From: Bdellovibrionales bacterium
GTDB taxonomy: Bacteria; Bdellovibrionota; Bdellovibrionia; Bdellovibrionales; JAUICD01
NCBI GenBank assembly: GCA_965262715.1
Contig: OZ253553.1
Coordinates: 1,440,001 to 1,504,000, forward strand
Length of the DNA stretch: 64,000 nt
Direction of reading: 5' to 3'
Numbering within the stretch: the stretch's first letter is position 1; each line of letters starts with the position of its first letter. Under the pieces are notes generated by a model. It ran no database searches and was not told where the DNA came from. It saw only the letters and a list, made by a program, of their open reading frames with translations. Below, in pieces: positions 47,478 through 57,381 of the stretch. The position numbers were made by a program, and so were the translations under genes.

Positions 47478-49265
47478 ATGAAAAAACTTTTTTTAATAAT
47501 ACCTCTACTTACAATTTCTATAGATACTTTAGCTAGTCAGTGCGCATCATCTCTTTTAGCTAAACTTCAACTAACATCTTATATTTATCAAGTCATTAAC
47601 TCTGATATGAGTGAAGTCCATAAACTCCAAAAGCTTCAAAAACTTATGGGAATTCAAGTAGAAGGTTGGCATAGATCCTATCCCGAAGGACAAACTTATA
47701 AAAAACACACTCTTGTAATTGGAAAAATCATGGATATAAGAGTCGAAGACTCTGATAAAGGACTTTATAAAATGATAGTTTTTTCAGAAGAAGATGGCCC
47801 ACAACAATTCCTTTTTTCTGGAAGCTATAGCCCTGCTTTTTTTGTCTTAGGAACAACAAGTATCCCAAATATTAAGGCATCGAAAAGAAATCAATTATTT
47901 GATGATATATCATATGCACAAAGATCTACTACTTCTCCCTTTGACCTTTTATCTATAGACTTAGATGCTCATCCAGAGGTTGCAGAATATAAAGAGCGTC
48001 TTCGCAAGCAAAAAGCTGTTGTGTTTTATAGTCAAGAACATCCATTTTCTGAGTTTTCAGATTCCTATGAAGCACCTATTGTAATTGATAGAAAGATATG
48101 GCTTTCTTCTGGAGGTTATTTTCAGGCTAAAGAGTTTATGAGTTTTAATAATCCTAATACTGAACATGTAATGAATATTCAACTAGACAACTCACTTGCA
48201 GAAACTATAAGAATAGGTAGAGATAGATCACTCCCTCCTGATTCAGATTGGGAAGAGGTTAAGAATGAAGTTATATTTAAAGCTTTAGCCGCAAAATTCA
48301 CACAACATAAACATCTCTATGATTTATTAATGTCTACTGGAGATGCGCTTATTGTGGAACACAGTGAAAGAGACCTTTATTGGAGTGATGGTGAAAGTGG
48401 CGGTGGAAAATCAATGTTAGGAAATCTTCTTATGAGATTGAGAGACCAGCTTAGGGAAGGGATAATGCCTGGTCATGAAAAATCTATAAAAGAATTTCTG
48501 AATGATTTACTTAGTGACATCCAATCTTTAGGTTCTCAAGATACCTCTCATCTAGCAGGACAGATTGCTTCTTCAAATCTAAGTGATATAGAGAAAATAG
48601 ATAGAATACAAATGATTCTTAATTCAAAACATTTTTTCACAAAAAGAACTACCGAACATAATCATCATACATCTAGCAGTGAATGGATTACCTTCATTAA
48701 TGCAAAATATCCTGACGCTACAGATGAAGATTTTAGATATCAACTTGTAAAGGCTGGTGTCTCTCTTGCAGGTTCAGGTGTTATAGTTACAAATTTGGAT
48801 GAGTTAAATATCTCCCATAATAAAAAAATAGAAATTTATAGAATAATGGCTGGTCAATCGGCAGATGATTTTATAGGGAAATTACCTTATTTAAATTTAA
48901 GCCATTCAGAGATAAAACAGCTTTACCTTCATTCCCTTCAATTTGAGGCATCAACAAATGTTATAACAGGATTTCCTCGAGAGGTTGTCAATGACGCTTT
49001 TATCCAAGAAGTTATCAGCACACTTAATAAACATCACTTTCCCACACAAAAGTATTTATCAATGGAAGTTCGTCGTCAGTGGCGTGGAAAGGCTATTAAA
49101 GATTTAATACAAGCTGCTGCTTTTCATGGGTTAAATTATAGTGCTATTTATGCTTTTGATAATACACCTTTTAATGAACATAGTGAGAGAAATAGATGGA
49201 TAGAGCCAGATCTTTATCCAGAAATGAGTCAAGATCTTATTAGGTTGATTCTCAGTAATAACTAA
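47478..49265 (+). CDS. Signal-peptide protein with central NADAR (YbiA-like) domain, paralog 1
   Basis: DWEEVK...AKFTQHKHL...LMSTGDALIVEHSERDLYWSDG...LGNLLMRLR. Confidence 0.85.
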   Translation: MKKLFLIIPLLTISIDTLASQCASSLLAKLQLTSYIYQVINSDMSEVHKLQKLQKLMGIQVEGWHRSYPEGQTYKKHTLVIGKIMDIRVEDSDKGLYKMIVFSEEDGPQQFLFSGSYSPAFFVLGTTSIPNIKASKRNQLFDDISYAQRSTTSPFDLLSIDLDAHPEVAEYKERLRKQKAVVFYSQEHPFSEFSDSYEAPIVIDRKIWLSSGGYFQAKEFMSFNNPNTEHVMNIQLDNSLAETIRIGRDRSLPPDSDWEEVKNEVIFKALAAKFTQHKHLYDLLMSTGDALIVEHSERDLYWSDGESGGGKSMLGNLLMRLRDQLREGIMPGHEKSIKEFLNDLLSDIQSLGSQDTSHLAGQIASSNLSDIEKIDRIQMILNSKHFFTKRTTEHNHHTSSSEWITFINAKYPDATDEDFRYQLVKAGVSLAGSGVIVTNLDELNISHNKKIEIYRIMAGQSADDFIGKLPYLNLSHSEIKQLYLHSLQFEASTNVITGFPREVVNDAFIQEVISTLNKHHFPTQKYLSMEVRRQWRGKAIKDLIQAAAFHGLNYSAIYAFDNTPFNEHSERNRWIEPDLYPEMSQDLIRLILSNN

Positions 49266-49617
49266 TACTACATTGGCAAGTTAACTTAAACCTATCTGAC
49301 GAAATAAGTTTTATGTTTTGTGATATTTGTGATATTGAGAGTCCGGAAAAAAGAATGCTTAACTAGTTATGAACCATATTTTATAGATATTCTAGATGGA
49401 TCACTAAAGATAATAGTTGATCTTATTTGGAAATCATCTTTTTATAAATTTTACATTATTTAAGAATATTAAATGACCCCACTCATGTAAATATTACAAT
49501 AACTGCAATTATGTTGTTTGTGCTTGACAAGTAGCTGAATTTATCATACCTAATTATGAATAAAATTAGTGTAAACATGACCATATCAAACATATTAAAA
49601 TTTTTAAGAAGTAAACA

Positions 49618-51372
49618 ATGAAAAAACTTTTTTTAATAATACCCATACTTGCCACTTCTATAGATCTTTTATCTAGTGAGTGCGCTCCAGCTCTAACCAC
49701 AACCAAGCTTCAGTTGGCACCTTATATTTATCAAATCATCAACGCCAATATTGATGGAGCTTATAAGCTCGAAGAACTTCAAGAACTCGTAGGAATGGAA
49801 GTGAGTGGCTTGCACAGATTCTACCCTAAAAGAGCAAATCATCAGGAACAAACTTTAGTCACTGGAAAAATTGCAGATATAAAACCTTTTAAAACAATAT
49901 CTCCTGGTAAAACAATTTATCAAATGATAATTCATTCAAAAAAGCATGGACTCGGACAATTTCTTTTTTCAGGAACTTACAGCCCTGCTTTTTCTACTCT
50001 AGAAACAACTAGCATACCACGAAATACTCCACTAGGCACTTCTATAGAAAATGCAGTTGCCCCTTCTTTTGAGTTTTTATCTATAGGCTTAGATACTCCT
50101 CCAGAGGTTGCAGCTTATAAAAATCATCTTCACCAGCAAAAAGCCGTTGTATTTCATGGCCAGACAGATCCCTTTTATGAGTTTTCAAATTCCTATAAAA
50201 TACCTATTGTTATTGACAGGGAAATTTGGCCTTCTGTTATACACTATGTTGAAGCTCAAAAGCTTGCAAATGCTGAAGATGGTAATGAGTTTTTTAATAA
50301 ACATGTAATGGCTATCCGATTAGCCAGCTCACCAGAAGAGGCTGTAAGAATGGCTAGAGATAGATCGCATTCTCTCCGCTCAGATTGGGAGGAAGTTAAG
50401 GATGAAATTATGTTGAAAGCACTGACTGCAAAATTCACTCAACATAAACATCTATATGATAAATTAATGCCTACTGGAAATGCGCTTATTGTACAACATA
50501 CAGGAGAAGACCTTTATTGGGGAGATGGTGAAAATGGCAGAGGACAATCAATGCTAGGAAATCTTCTTATGAAATTAAGAGACCAACTAAGGCGAAAGGT
50601 CATGCATGGACATGAACATCCTATGGTAGCAATTCGAGATCAACTGCTTATACAAATGAAAGGTGTAAGTGAAGAACATTCTAATCTACCAGATGCCTAT
50701 AACCTTGCAAGACAAATTGCTTCTGCAGATATAGATCTTATAGAGAAAATAGATAGAATACAAACGATTTTTGATGTAGCACATTTTTTTCGGATAAGTA
50801 ATAGATATCCAAATCATACAACCAGCGATGAAGCAATTGCTCTTATTAGCAAAAAATATCCTGATGATACAGATGCAGATTTTAGATATCAACTTGTAAG
50901 AATTGCCGTTTCTATTGCTGGCCCACTTGTTATACTTACAGATCTCAGGCCATTAAATATTTCTGATAACCAAAAAATAGAAATTTATAAAATGATGGCT
51001 CGTCAATCACCAGAGTTTTTTATGCGCGCTTTACCCTATCGTTTTGGCTTAGGCCATTCAGAGATGAGGGAACTCTATCTTCATGCACTCCAATTTGAAT
51101 CATCAGTACTCTATATAAAAGAACTTCCTCGAGAAATTGTTGATGATGCTTTTATTCAAGATGTTGTCAAAACACTTAATGAAAATCATATTCCTGCACA
51201 AAAACATGCATCAATAGAAGAACATCACCAACGGTGTGAGAAAGTTATTACAAATTTAATAGAAGCAGCAGCTCATCATGGTTTAAGATATAATCCTATT
51301 TACACTACATATAGACTCACAAATAATGCTGCAAATCTCCCTTGTCGAATTGATCTTGCTAAGATAGATTAA
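49618..51372 (+). CDS. Signal-peptide protein with central NADAR (YbiA-like) domain, paralog 2
   Basis: FSNSY...DWEEVK...AKFTQH...IVQHTGEDLYWGDG; colinear with paralog 1. Confidence 0.85.
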   Translation: MKKLFLIIPILATSIDLLSSECAPALTTTKLQLAPYIYQIINANIDGAYKLEELQELVGMEVSGLHRFYPKRANHQEQTLVTGKIADIKPFKTISPGKTIYQMIIHSKKHGLGQFLFSGTYSPAFSTLETTSIPRNTPLGTSIENAVAPSFEFLSIGLDTPPEVAAYKNHLHQQKAVVFHGQTDPFYEFSNSYKIPIVIDREIWPSVIHYVEAQKLANAEDGNEFFNKHVMAIRLASSPEEAVRMARDRSHSLRSDWEEVKDEIMLKALTAKFTQHKHLYDKLMPTGNALIVQHTGEDLYWGDGENGRGQSMLGNLLMKLRDQLRRKVMHGHEHPMVAIRDQLLIQMKGVSEEHSNLPDAYNLARQIASADIDLIEKIDRIQTIFDVAHFFRISNRYPNHTTSDEAIALISKKYPDDTDADFRYQLVRIAVSIAGPLVILTDLRPLNISDNQKIEIYKMMARQSPEFFMRALPYRFGLGHSEMRELYLHALQFESSVLYIKELPREIVDDAFIQDVVKTLNENHIPAQKHASIEEHHQRCEKVITNLIEAAAHHGLRYNPIYTTYRLTNNAANLPCRIDLAKID

Positions 51373-51433
51373 GAAGTCATTTGATAAAATAAAGCTGTGC
51401 TTAAGAGATCAAGAAGTAACACATATATTTGTA

Positions 51434-52411
51434 TTAACTCAAATGTGATAGAAGCTTTTTAATGATTTGATCACTTGTGTATTCTTCTGCCTCTGCCTCA
51501 TAGGTTAACAAAAGGCGATGTCTTAAAACACGATAAGCAATGGTTTTGATATCATCCATCGTAACATAGCTTCTATTATGAATATAGGCATAGGCACGGC
51601 TAGCCCTCGTTAAATAAATAGTTGCCCTGGGCGAGACACCTATTTGTAAAAAGTTTTCTAAGTTAAGTCCATATTCTTTTGGTGATCTAGTGCACATAAC
51701 CAGATCTACAATATAGTCCTTAACCTTTTCGTCTATGTAAATATTATTGATAGCTTGAGATATTTGAATAAGATGTTGTCTTGTCATAACAACATCTGGT
51801 TGAATATTTTCATCTTTGGACATGCTCTCTAAAATTTGTTTTTCTTCTTGTCTATTAGGGTATTCTACCAAAACTTTAAACATAAAACGGTCCATTTGCG
51901 CTTCTGGCAGAGGATATGTTCCTTCTTGTTCTATAGGATTTTGTGTTGCAAGTACCAAAAACGGATAGTCAAGTGGGTAAGAGTTATCTCCAATAGTCAC
52001 TTGCTTTTCTGCCATAGCTTCTAATAAAGCAGATTGCACTTTTGCTGGTGCTCTGTTGATCTCGTCAGCTAAAACAAGGTGAGTGAAAATAGGGCCTTTT
52101 TTAGATACAAAATCTCCTGTCTTTTGATTGAAGATCATCGTACCGATCAAGTCTGAAGGCAGAAGGTCTGGGGTAAATTGCACTCTTTGAAAGTTGAGTG
52201 AAACCACTTTTGAAAAAGTAGAAATTGCAAGAGTTTTTGCAAGACCAGGAACACCTTCTAATAAAATATGCCCTCCTGTAAGCATACCTATCATAATGGA
52301 CTCAAGCATTTCATGCTGACCTACAATGACTTTACCTATCTCACCTAGCGCATTATTAATGAGTTTTGATCCTTCTGTGATTTGCTCTTCAAGTGATGCC
52401 AATTTGAACAA
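51434..52411 (-). CDS. MoxR-family AAA+ ATPase
   Basis: EGVPGLAKT, QFTPDLLPSD, DEINRAPAKVQSALLEAM, EAQMDRF. Confidence 0.95.
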   Translation of the reverse strand: MFKLASLEEQITEGSKLINNALGEIGKVIVGQHEMLESIMIGMLTGGHILLEGVPGLAKTLAISTFSKVVSLNFQRVQFTPDLLPSDLIGTMIFNQKTGDFVSKKGPIFTHLVLADEINRAPAKVQSALLEAMAEKQVTIGDNSYPLDYPFLVLATQNPIEQEGTYPLPEAQMDRFMFKVLVEYPNRQEEKQILESMSKDENIQPDVVMTRQHLIQISQAINNIYIDEKVKDYIVDLVMCTRSPKEYGLNLENFLQIGVSPRATIYLTRASRAYAYIHNRSYVTMDDIKTIAYRVLRHRLLLTYEAEAEEYTSDQIIKKLLSHLS

Positions 52412-52840
52412 CTCCTCTTTTGACGTTTATAACTTGATTATTTAAGTCCTTATTTTATGGATATTTTATTCAGAGTCAATATTATTGATTATGTACCTTT
52501 CTTGACCTGCTTGACTTTATTTAGTTACAAATCTCTGATATACATGCGCAACAAAGCCTAAATCTACTAATGATCTTTCTAGAAAGATCATTGCATTTTA
52601 GAAATGTTTATAATGTCCAAAGAACTAGACTTTCAAATCGATCATAAAAAACCAGTATAGTTAACTCTAAATAAAGTTTGAATTAGACTTATGACAAGCT
52701 TAAACAAAAAAAGCTACATTCAACCTCAAAAAATAGATAATAATAGAGTAAATCAGAATCGCTTAATGACAGACTTATGTCAAAGCTTTAGTTCTTTAAA
52801 AGTTTATTCAAAATAACTGTAGTAAATGAGGAGATAAAAA

Positions 52841-53354
52841 ATGGTAAGATATTTATTTCTGTTAATACTTATTGGATTCTTTGGAATATCAACTGCAATC
52901 GCAGATGTATGTGATTTAAAGTGGTGGGAGACTGCTACAGTTCCTGAGCTAAATGCTCTCGCCGCAGAAGATGCTTTTCCTGAAACTTGTAATTCATGGA
53001 ACGATACACCTCTTCACCTTGGAGCGCAAGCCTGCAAAAACGCTAACGTTATTGCTGCCTTTATTGCTATAACAAGAGCTAATGTACATGCAGTCAATAT
53101 TAATGAACAAACACCTCTGAGTCTTGCCCAAGATAGACTAAGTGCAGCTAGGCTGATAGCAAATTATGCTCAAGACATATTTAATCAAGCAACAAATGAT
53201 CTCTTTAGATACCAACGAGACGCATCTAAAGCACATTTAATGACGGAGATTACTCAAGCAGCCGTTGATGCTCGAGAAAGTAAGGATAGCTGAAAATGAA
53301 CAGGCAGTAGCAGAAGCTATATACAGAGCACTCTTGGAAACAGTCTTTTTATAA
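52841..53354 (+). CDS. Secreted ankyrin-like protein, probable C-terminal frameshift near 53280
   Basis: GAGGAG RBS, signal peptide, DTPLHLGA...ANVHAVNINEQTPL. Helical text continues in another frame (IAENEQAVAEAIYRALLE). Confidence 0.65.
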
Positions 53355-53473
53355 GTTTTACATTATTTAAGAATATTAAATGATCCCAATGAAAATATTT
53401 ATTTACCTTACTTTTAAAAAACTTATACCTTTAATTTAATCAAAGCATTCTTTTGTATAAAGAGGAGTATATT

Positions 53474-54310
53474 ATGAAGCAATATTTAATAACCCTTATT
53501 TTATTTTGTTTTCTATTCCAAATAACAGATTTACAAGCACAACAAACAATAACCCCTGACCTTCAAGAAGCTGTAGAAGCCTGCATTACATTAAATGATT
53601 CTTCTACAACTTATCCAGTGGAGATAAAAGTTGTTTTCATCGTTGATAAAGGAAGTCACAATTATATATCTACTGATCTTGCTCCCGAAGGAAATGATCG
53701 TTTTGCATTAACACGTACATACCATGTCCGTCAGCTCTTTGAAGACTATAAAGAGAATGAATGTTTTTCTTGGAGCATGATCACTTTCAGAGGAGAAGCA
53801 GGTGGAAGAAGAGGGATCGCTACAGCTTCTATTTTTGATGATACTGCTATTGATCCCGTCTTTACAAGAGATCACAGCATTGTAAATCAGGCAATAAATA
53901 ATTTATATTATACAACAGATAATCATTCAAATGCTGGAAAAATACAATATGGAGAGGCACTGCAATTAACAAGGCGTCTTATAAGAGATGATTTAGAACA
54001 AACGGATAATACATATTATTTTGTTTTCTTTATTACAGGAGCAGCTCCTAGTGATAGATTCTTCCCAACGTATTACCCTCTTGATGAATATCTCTATAGA
54101 GATATAGAAAATATTGTAAATATCAAGCCTGAAAGGACTTTCTTCTCTACAGCTTATTATGGAACAAATCACCTTACTGAATATACCTACGACAGTTATG
54201 GTAGTGAAGGTCCAAATATTCCTAACGTGATAACTATTTTACAAAATATGGCTAATATTGGAAAAGGTCAGTTTTTCAACCTCACAGAAGGAGAAACATT
54301 AGACCTGTAA
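53474..54310 (+). CDS. Secreted vWA-like protein with degenerate MIDAS
   Basis: Signal peptide; VVFIVDKGS, VFFITG, LQNMANIGKGQF. Confidence 0.65.
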   Translation: MKQYLITLILFCFLFQITDLQAQQTITPDLQEAVEACITLNDSSTTYPVEIKVVFIVDKGSHNYISTDLAPEGNDRFALTRTYHVRQLFEDYKENECFSWSMITFRGEAGGRRGIATASIFDDTAIDPVFTRDHSIVNQAINNLYYTTDNHSNAGKIQYGEALQLTRRLIRDDLEQTDNTYYFVFFITGAAPSDRFFPTYYPLDEYLYRDIENIVNIKPERTFFSTAYYGTNHLTEYTYDSYGSEGPNIPNVITILQNMANIGKGQFFNLTEGETLDL

Positions 54311-54358
54311 ACAGAATGTATTGATTTAATTCCCCTCTTTTACAAAAAGTAGGCTAAG

Positions 54359-54422
54359 TCGGGCAATATTATAGACTTACTTATTGCCCGATCTTGCCCA
54401 TTCTTCCCCTTTAAGTTACAAT
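54359..54422 (+). promoter_or_regulatory. Sigma70-like promoter and operator palindrome of the fic gene
   Basis: TTGCCC-17 nt-TACAAT ends 7 nt before the ATG; TCGGGCAATA/TATTGCCCGA inverted repeat adjoins the -35. Confidence 0.55.
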
Positions 54423-54429
54423 AATAGGG

Positions 54430-55557
54430 ATGCTATCATTTCCAATAGACAACAGACTGACCAAAGACCTTATAACTCTTAACGAGCTTGTATCAGAAAA
54501 ATACGCTCTTTTAGAAACATTACCAAAAGATGAGAGGGAAAATATACATCGTTATGCGCGAATCAGTATGATTGGGGCTTCTACCCGGATAGAAAATGCC
54601 ATATTAACAGATAGCCAAGTGGATTGGCTAGACTCTATTTTGGGTGAACCCAGCAAAAGAACAGCTTTAGATGAACACAGAATTCAAATTGAAGATAAGT
54701 TATCAAAAGATAAGAAAAGAAGTATTGAAGAGGTAGTTGGCTGCCGAACAGTTCTTTTACTGATATATGGACAAGCTAAAGATTATCTTCCATTAACAGA
54801 GTTTTTATTAAGGTCTCTTCATTATGAACTTTTACGTTTTTATACAAAGCCAGGAATAAAAAAAGGTCAGTATAAAGATCATTCCAATTCAGTTATTAAA
54901 GAAAACCAAAAAACAAAAGAAAAAAGTCATGTTTTTAAAACTGCAGATCCAGGAGTCATCACCCAAATGGCTATGAAAGAGTTGATTCAATGGTATAATG
55001 CAGCTATTCAGACAGAACCTTGGCCTATTGCAGTTGCAACAGAGTTTGTATATAGATTTTTAGCTATACATCCATTTCAAGATGGTAATGGCCGGTTAGG
55101 CAGATCCCTTATGTTGATGTCACTACTTCATTGCCCTGATAAAAAATTATCCTCTGTTATATATTATCTTGCAATAGATCGTCATATAGAAAAACATAGA
55201 GAAGAATATTACCTTGTCCTTAATCAATGTTCTGGAGGTGAATACAAACAAAATCCTACTGAATACAAAATTCACTTTTTTCTAAAATTCATGATAAAAA
55301 TTCTTAAAGAAGCAATGGCAGATATTGATTTTTATTCTAGAAGAGCAAAAGCTTATAAAAAACTCTCGGAGTCTTCTATAAAAATTCTGTTGTGTTTTAA
55401 AGAGAAAGCTGAAGAAAAATTAAAAACAAGTGATATACTTAAGGAAACTAAGCTACCAAAAAGAACAATTACAAATTCCCTGAAAACATTAATAGATAAA
55501 GAGTTTATCGCAAGATACGGACAAGGTGCCGCTACTTATTACCGCCTCATATTTTAA
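54430..55557 (+). CDS. Fic-family protein with C-terminal winged HTH
   Basis: HPFQDGNGRLGR motif; GASTRIEN resembles the Fic autoinhibitory motif. Confidence 0.93.
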   Translation: MLSFPIDNRLTKDLITLNELVSEKYALLETLPKDERENIHRYARISMIGASTRIENAILTDSQVDWLDSILGEPSKRTALDEHRIQIEDKLSKDKKRSIEEVVGCRTVLLLIYGQAKDYLPLTEFLLRSLHYELLRFYTKPGIKKGQYKDHSNSVIKENQKTKEKSHVFKTADPGVITQMAMKELIQWYNAAIQTEPWPIAVATEFVYRFLAIHPFQDGNGRLGRSLMLMSLLHCPDKKLSSVIYYLAIDRHIEKHREEYYLVLNQCSGGEYKQNPTEYKIHFFLKFMIKILKEAMADIDFYSRRAKAYKKLSESSIKILLCFKEKAEEKLKTSDILKETKLPKRTITNSLKTLIDKEFIARYGQGAATYYRLIF

Positions 55558-55766
55558 GTTGTCTTAAACCAAAGTGCTTTAAAAAAATCAGTACAAATTC
55601 AGATGTTTCATGTTCTTACTCTTTTTAAAATTTCTCTTGCTTTTTTTTCAAAAATCATTTAAGAAGTAATATTTAGACTCAGTCAATAAAAGAGTATAAC
55701 TAAAGTTTTTTAAAAACCGTTGAAAAGATCGACAGGCTTAACAAAATCAGAGGGGTTAAAAACATA

Positions 55767-56186
55767 ATGAAAATGTATATATCATTTTTACTCATTTTAG
55801 GAATAGGATTTACCGGTCAGACCTTTGCTCAATCACAAGAGGAGGACGCAACAGGAGTTATATTTGGCTGTTCATTTTCTGGTTATCTTCAATGTGTCCT
55901 TAATGCAATTGCATCTGGAGGGGATGTGAATGCTACTTTGGATCAGACCCCTCTTATGATTGTTTCTGGCTTAGGACATATTGAGCTTGTTCAAGCTTTC
56001 ATTGGTGCAGGTGCAGATATAAATGCTTCTACTCGTACGGGATGGACGCCACTCACTTATGCTGTGAATGAAGGGCATACTGACATAATTCGGCTCCTTC
56101 TCGAGCGTGGTGCGAGTGTAGAAGTTCTATCTGAAGCGCAAACAGCAAAGATGAATCGATTATTACAAGAAAACCCACCACTTTAA
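55767..56186 (+). CDS. Secreted ankyrin-repeat protein (copy 1)
   Basis: Signal peptide; TPLMIVS...GADINA...GWTPLTYA. Confidence 0.88.
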   Translation: MKMYISFLLILGIGFTGQTFAQSQEEDATGVIFGCSFSGYLQCVLNAIASGGDVNATLDQTPLMIVSGLGHIELVQAFIGAGADINASTRTGWTPLTYAVNEGHTDIIRLLLERGASVEVLSEAQTAKMNRLLQENPPL

Positions 56187-56272
56187 TTAGAACTCATCTT
56201 AAAATTACTTCTTGCGCTCACGTTTTCAAAACAACCTCTTAATTTAGACTCTATATAAAAGGGCTGTCTCAC

Positions 56273-56336
56273 TCAAAATGGACAGACTCTCTTAAAAGCG
56301 CGTATACACGCTTTTAAGAGAGTCTGTCCATTTTGA
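56273..56336. terminator. Perfect 28-bp-arm hairpin between convergent genes (duplicate at 59892-59955)
   Basis: TCAAAATGGACAGACTCTCTTAAAAGCG-CGTATACA-reverse complement. Confidence 0.5.
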
Positions 56337-56508
56337 CTAGAAGCCATCTCATAAAATAATATTTTGCATTTCGACTTCTTAAATATTATAAAACTTTATT
56401 TTTGAGATGGCTCCTAAAATCACGAGCAGCTTTTTTAATATTCAAGCAGATGACCAACGCTATTTCAAAAAACTGATAACTTTACTTTATTAGATAGCTT
56501 CTAAGAAC

Positions 56509-57210
56509 CTATCCGAAAAAGACACCTACCCCTAATGTGATATAAAAACCATTCAAATTCATTTTATTATCATCAGGTACTTCTCGATCAGTGCCATCAT
56601 ATTCCACTTCAAGATCAGTAAAAGAAAACAAATCATACCCAGCTTCTAACTTAAAAAGAAAGTTAGAAGTTGGCATAAATCCAAATTCTACGCCTAATTG
56701 ACCAGTAAGTTGATCCCATAAGAACTGGTTACTTCTAGTTTCCATTTTTTTAACATTTGTACCACCAACACTAACACCATTGCCAAAATCTTCTGGGAAT
56801 TTGACAGATTTCCAAATATCTAAACCAAAAATAGCTCCTACAAAAAACTGATCCATAAGAAATCTGTAATTTGTAAGGAAAGCTATTCGATGAGTGGTAA
56901 ACTTATACTTACCTGTGATATCATTACTCTCTGCTTCCTTTTCTCCTTGAAAATCAAAACGATATCTAAGTCCCAAACCAAGACTAGCATCCTGCATTGG
57001 ATTTCTATAGAAAACATCTGCACCTAAATGCCATGGTTGATTTTTTTGTACCGTATTTAATGATATAACCGCATTTGAAATACTGACTTTACCTCCAAGT
57101 TTTTTACCAAAATGACCTGAAAATTCTATATTGCCATAAGCAACATGAGAACCCATCACCATTGTAAATAAACAAATGAATAAAACTTTTGATTTATTGA
57201 AAAATAACAT
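56509..57210 (-). CDS. Outer-membrane beta-barrel protein (copy 1)
   Basis: Signal peptide, amphipathic strands, C-terminal FYITLGVGVFFG; AGGAGG RBS. Confidence 0.8.
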   Translation of the reverse strand: MLFFNKSKVLFICLFTMVMGSHVAYGNIEFSGHFGKKLGGKVSISNAVISLNTVQKNQPWHLGADVFYRNPMQDASLGLGLRYRFDFQGEKEAESNDITGKYKFTTHRIAFLTNYRFLMDQFFVGAIFGLDIWKSVKFPEDFGNGVSVGGTNVKKMETRSNQFLWDQLTGQLGVEFGFMPTSNFLFKLEAGYDLFSFTDLEVEYDGTDREVPDDNKMNLNGFYITLGVGVFFG

Positions 57211-57381
57211 AAGATACCCCTCCTAAATGAAACTATTAATTGCTATTAACCTTATACTAAATACTTACTTAAATACAGAGAGGTAGCAAGAAGACTTAAT
57301 GCCTTAAGTCAAAGACGAGATCTTCCGCAGAGTCATCGCTACCAAGCGATGACTCGAGGACTTTGAGGATTTGGCTTAAGG

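Larger units (their letters stand above)
55716..57381. repeat. 1,666-bp direct repeat (second copy 59335-61000) flanking IS1634-2
   Basis: Constant offset of 3,619 bp; both copies abut the IS TIRs; identical encoded proteins. Confidence 0.95.

Noticed and set aside
47478..51372. Paralog pair as a diversity-generating retroelement or DarTG system
   Set aside because: No reverse transcriptase or DarT toxin; divergence is spread over the whole genes rather than confined to adenines in a short repeat.
49441..53390. ~40-bp AT-rich duplicate (TTTTACATTATTTAAGAATATTAAATGA) at about 49449 and 53356
   Set aside because: Real but only two copies, with no structure or function I can support.
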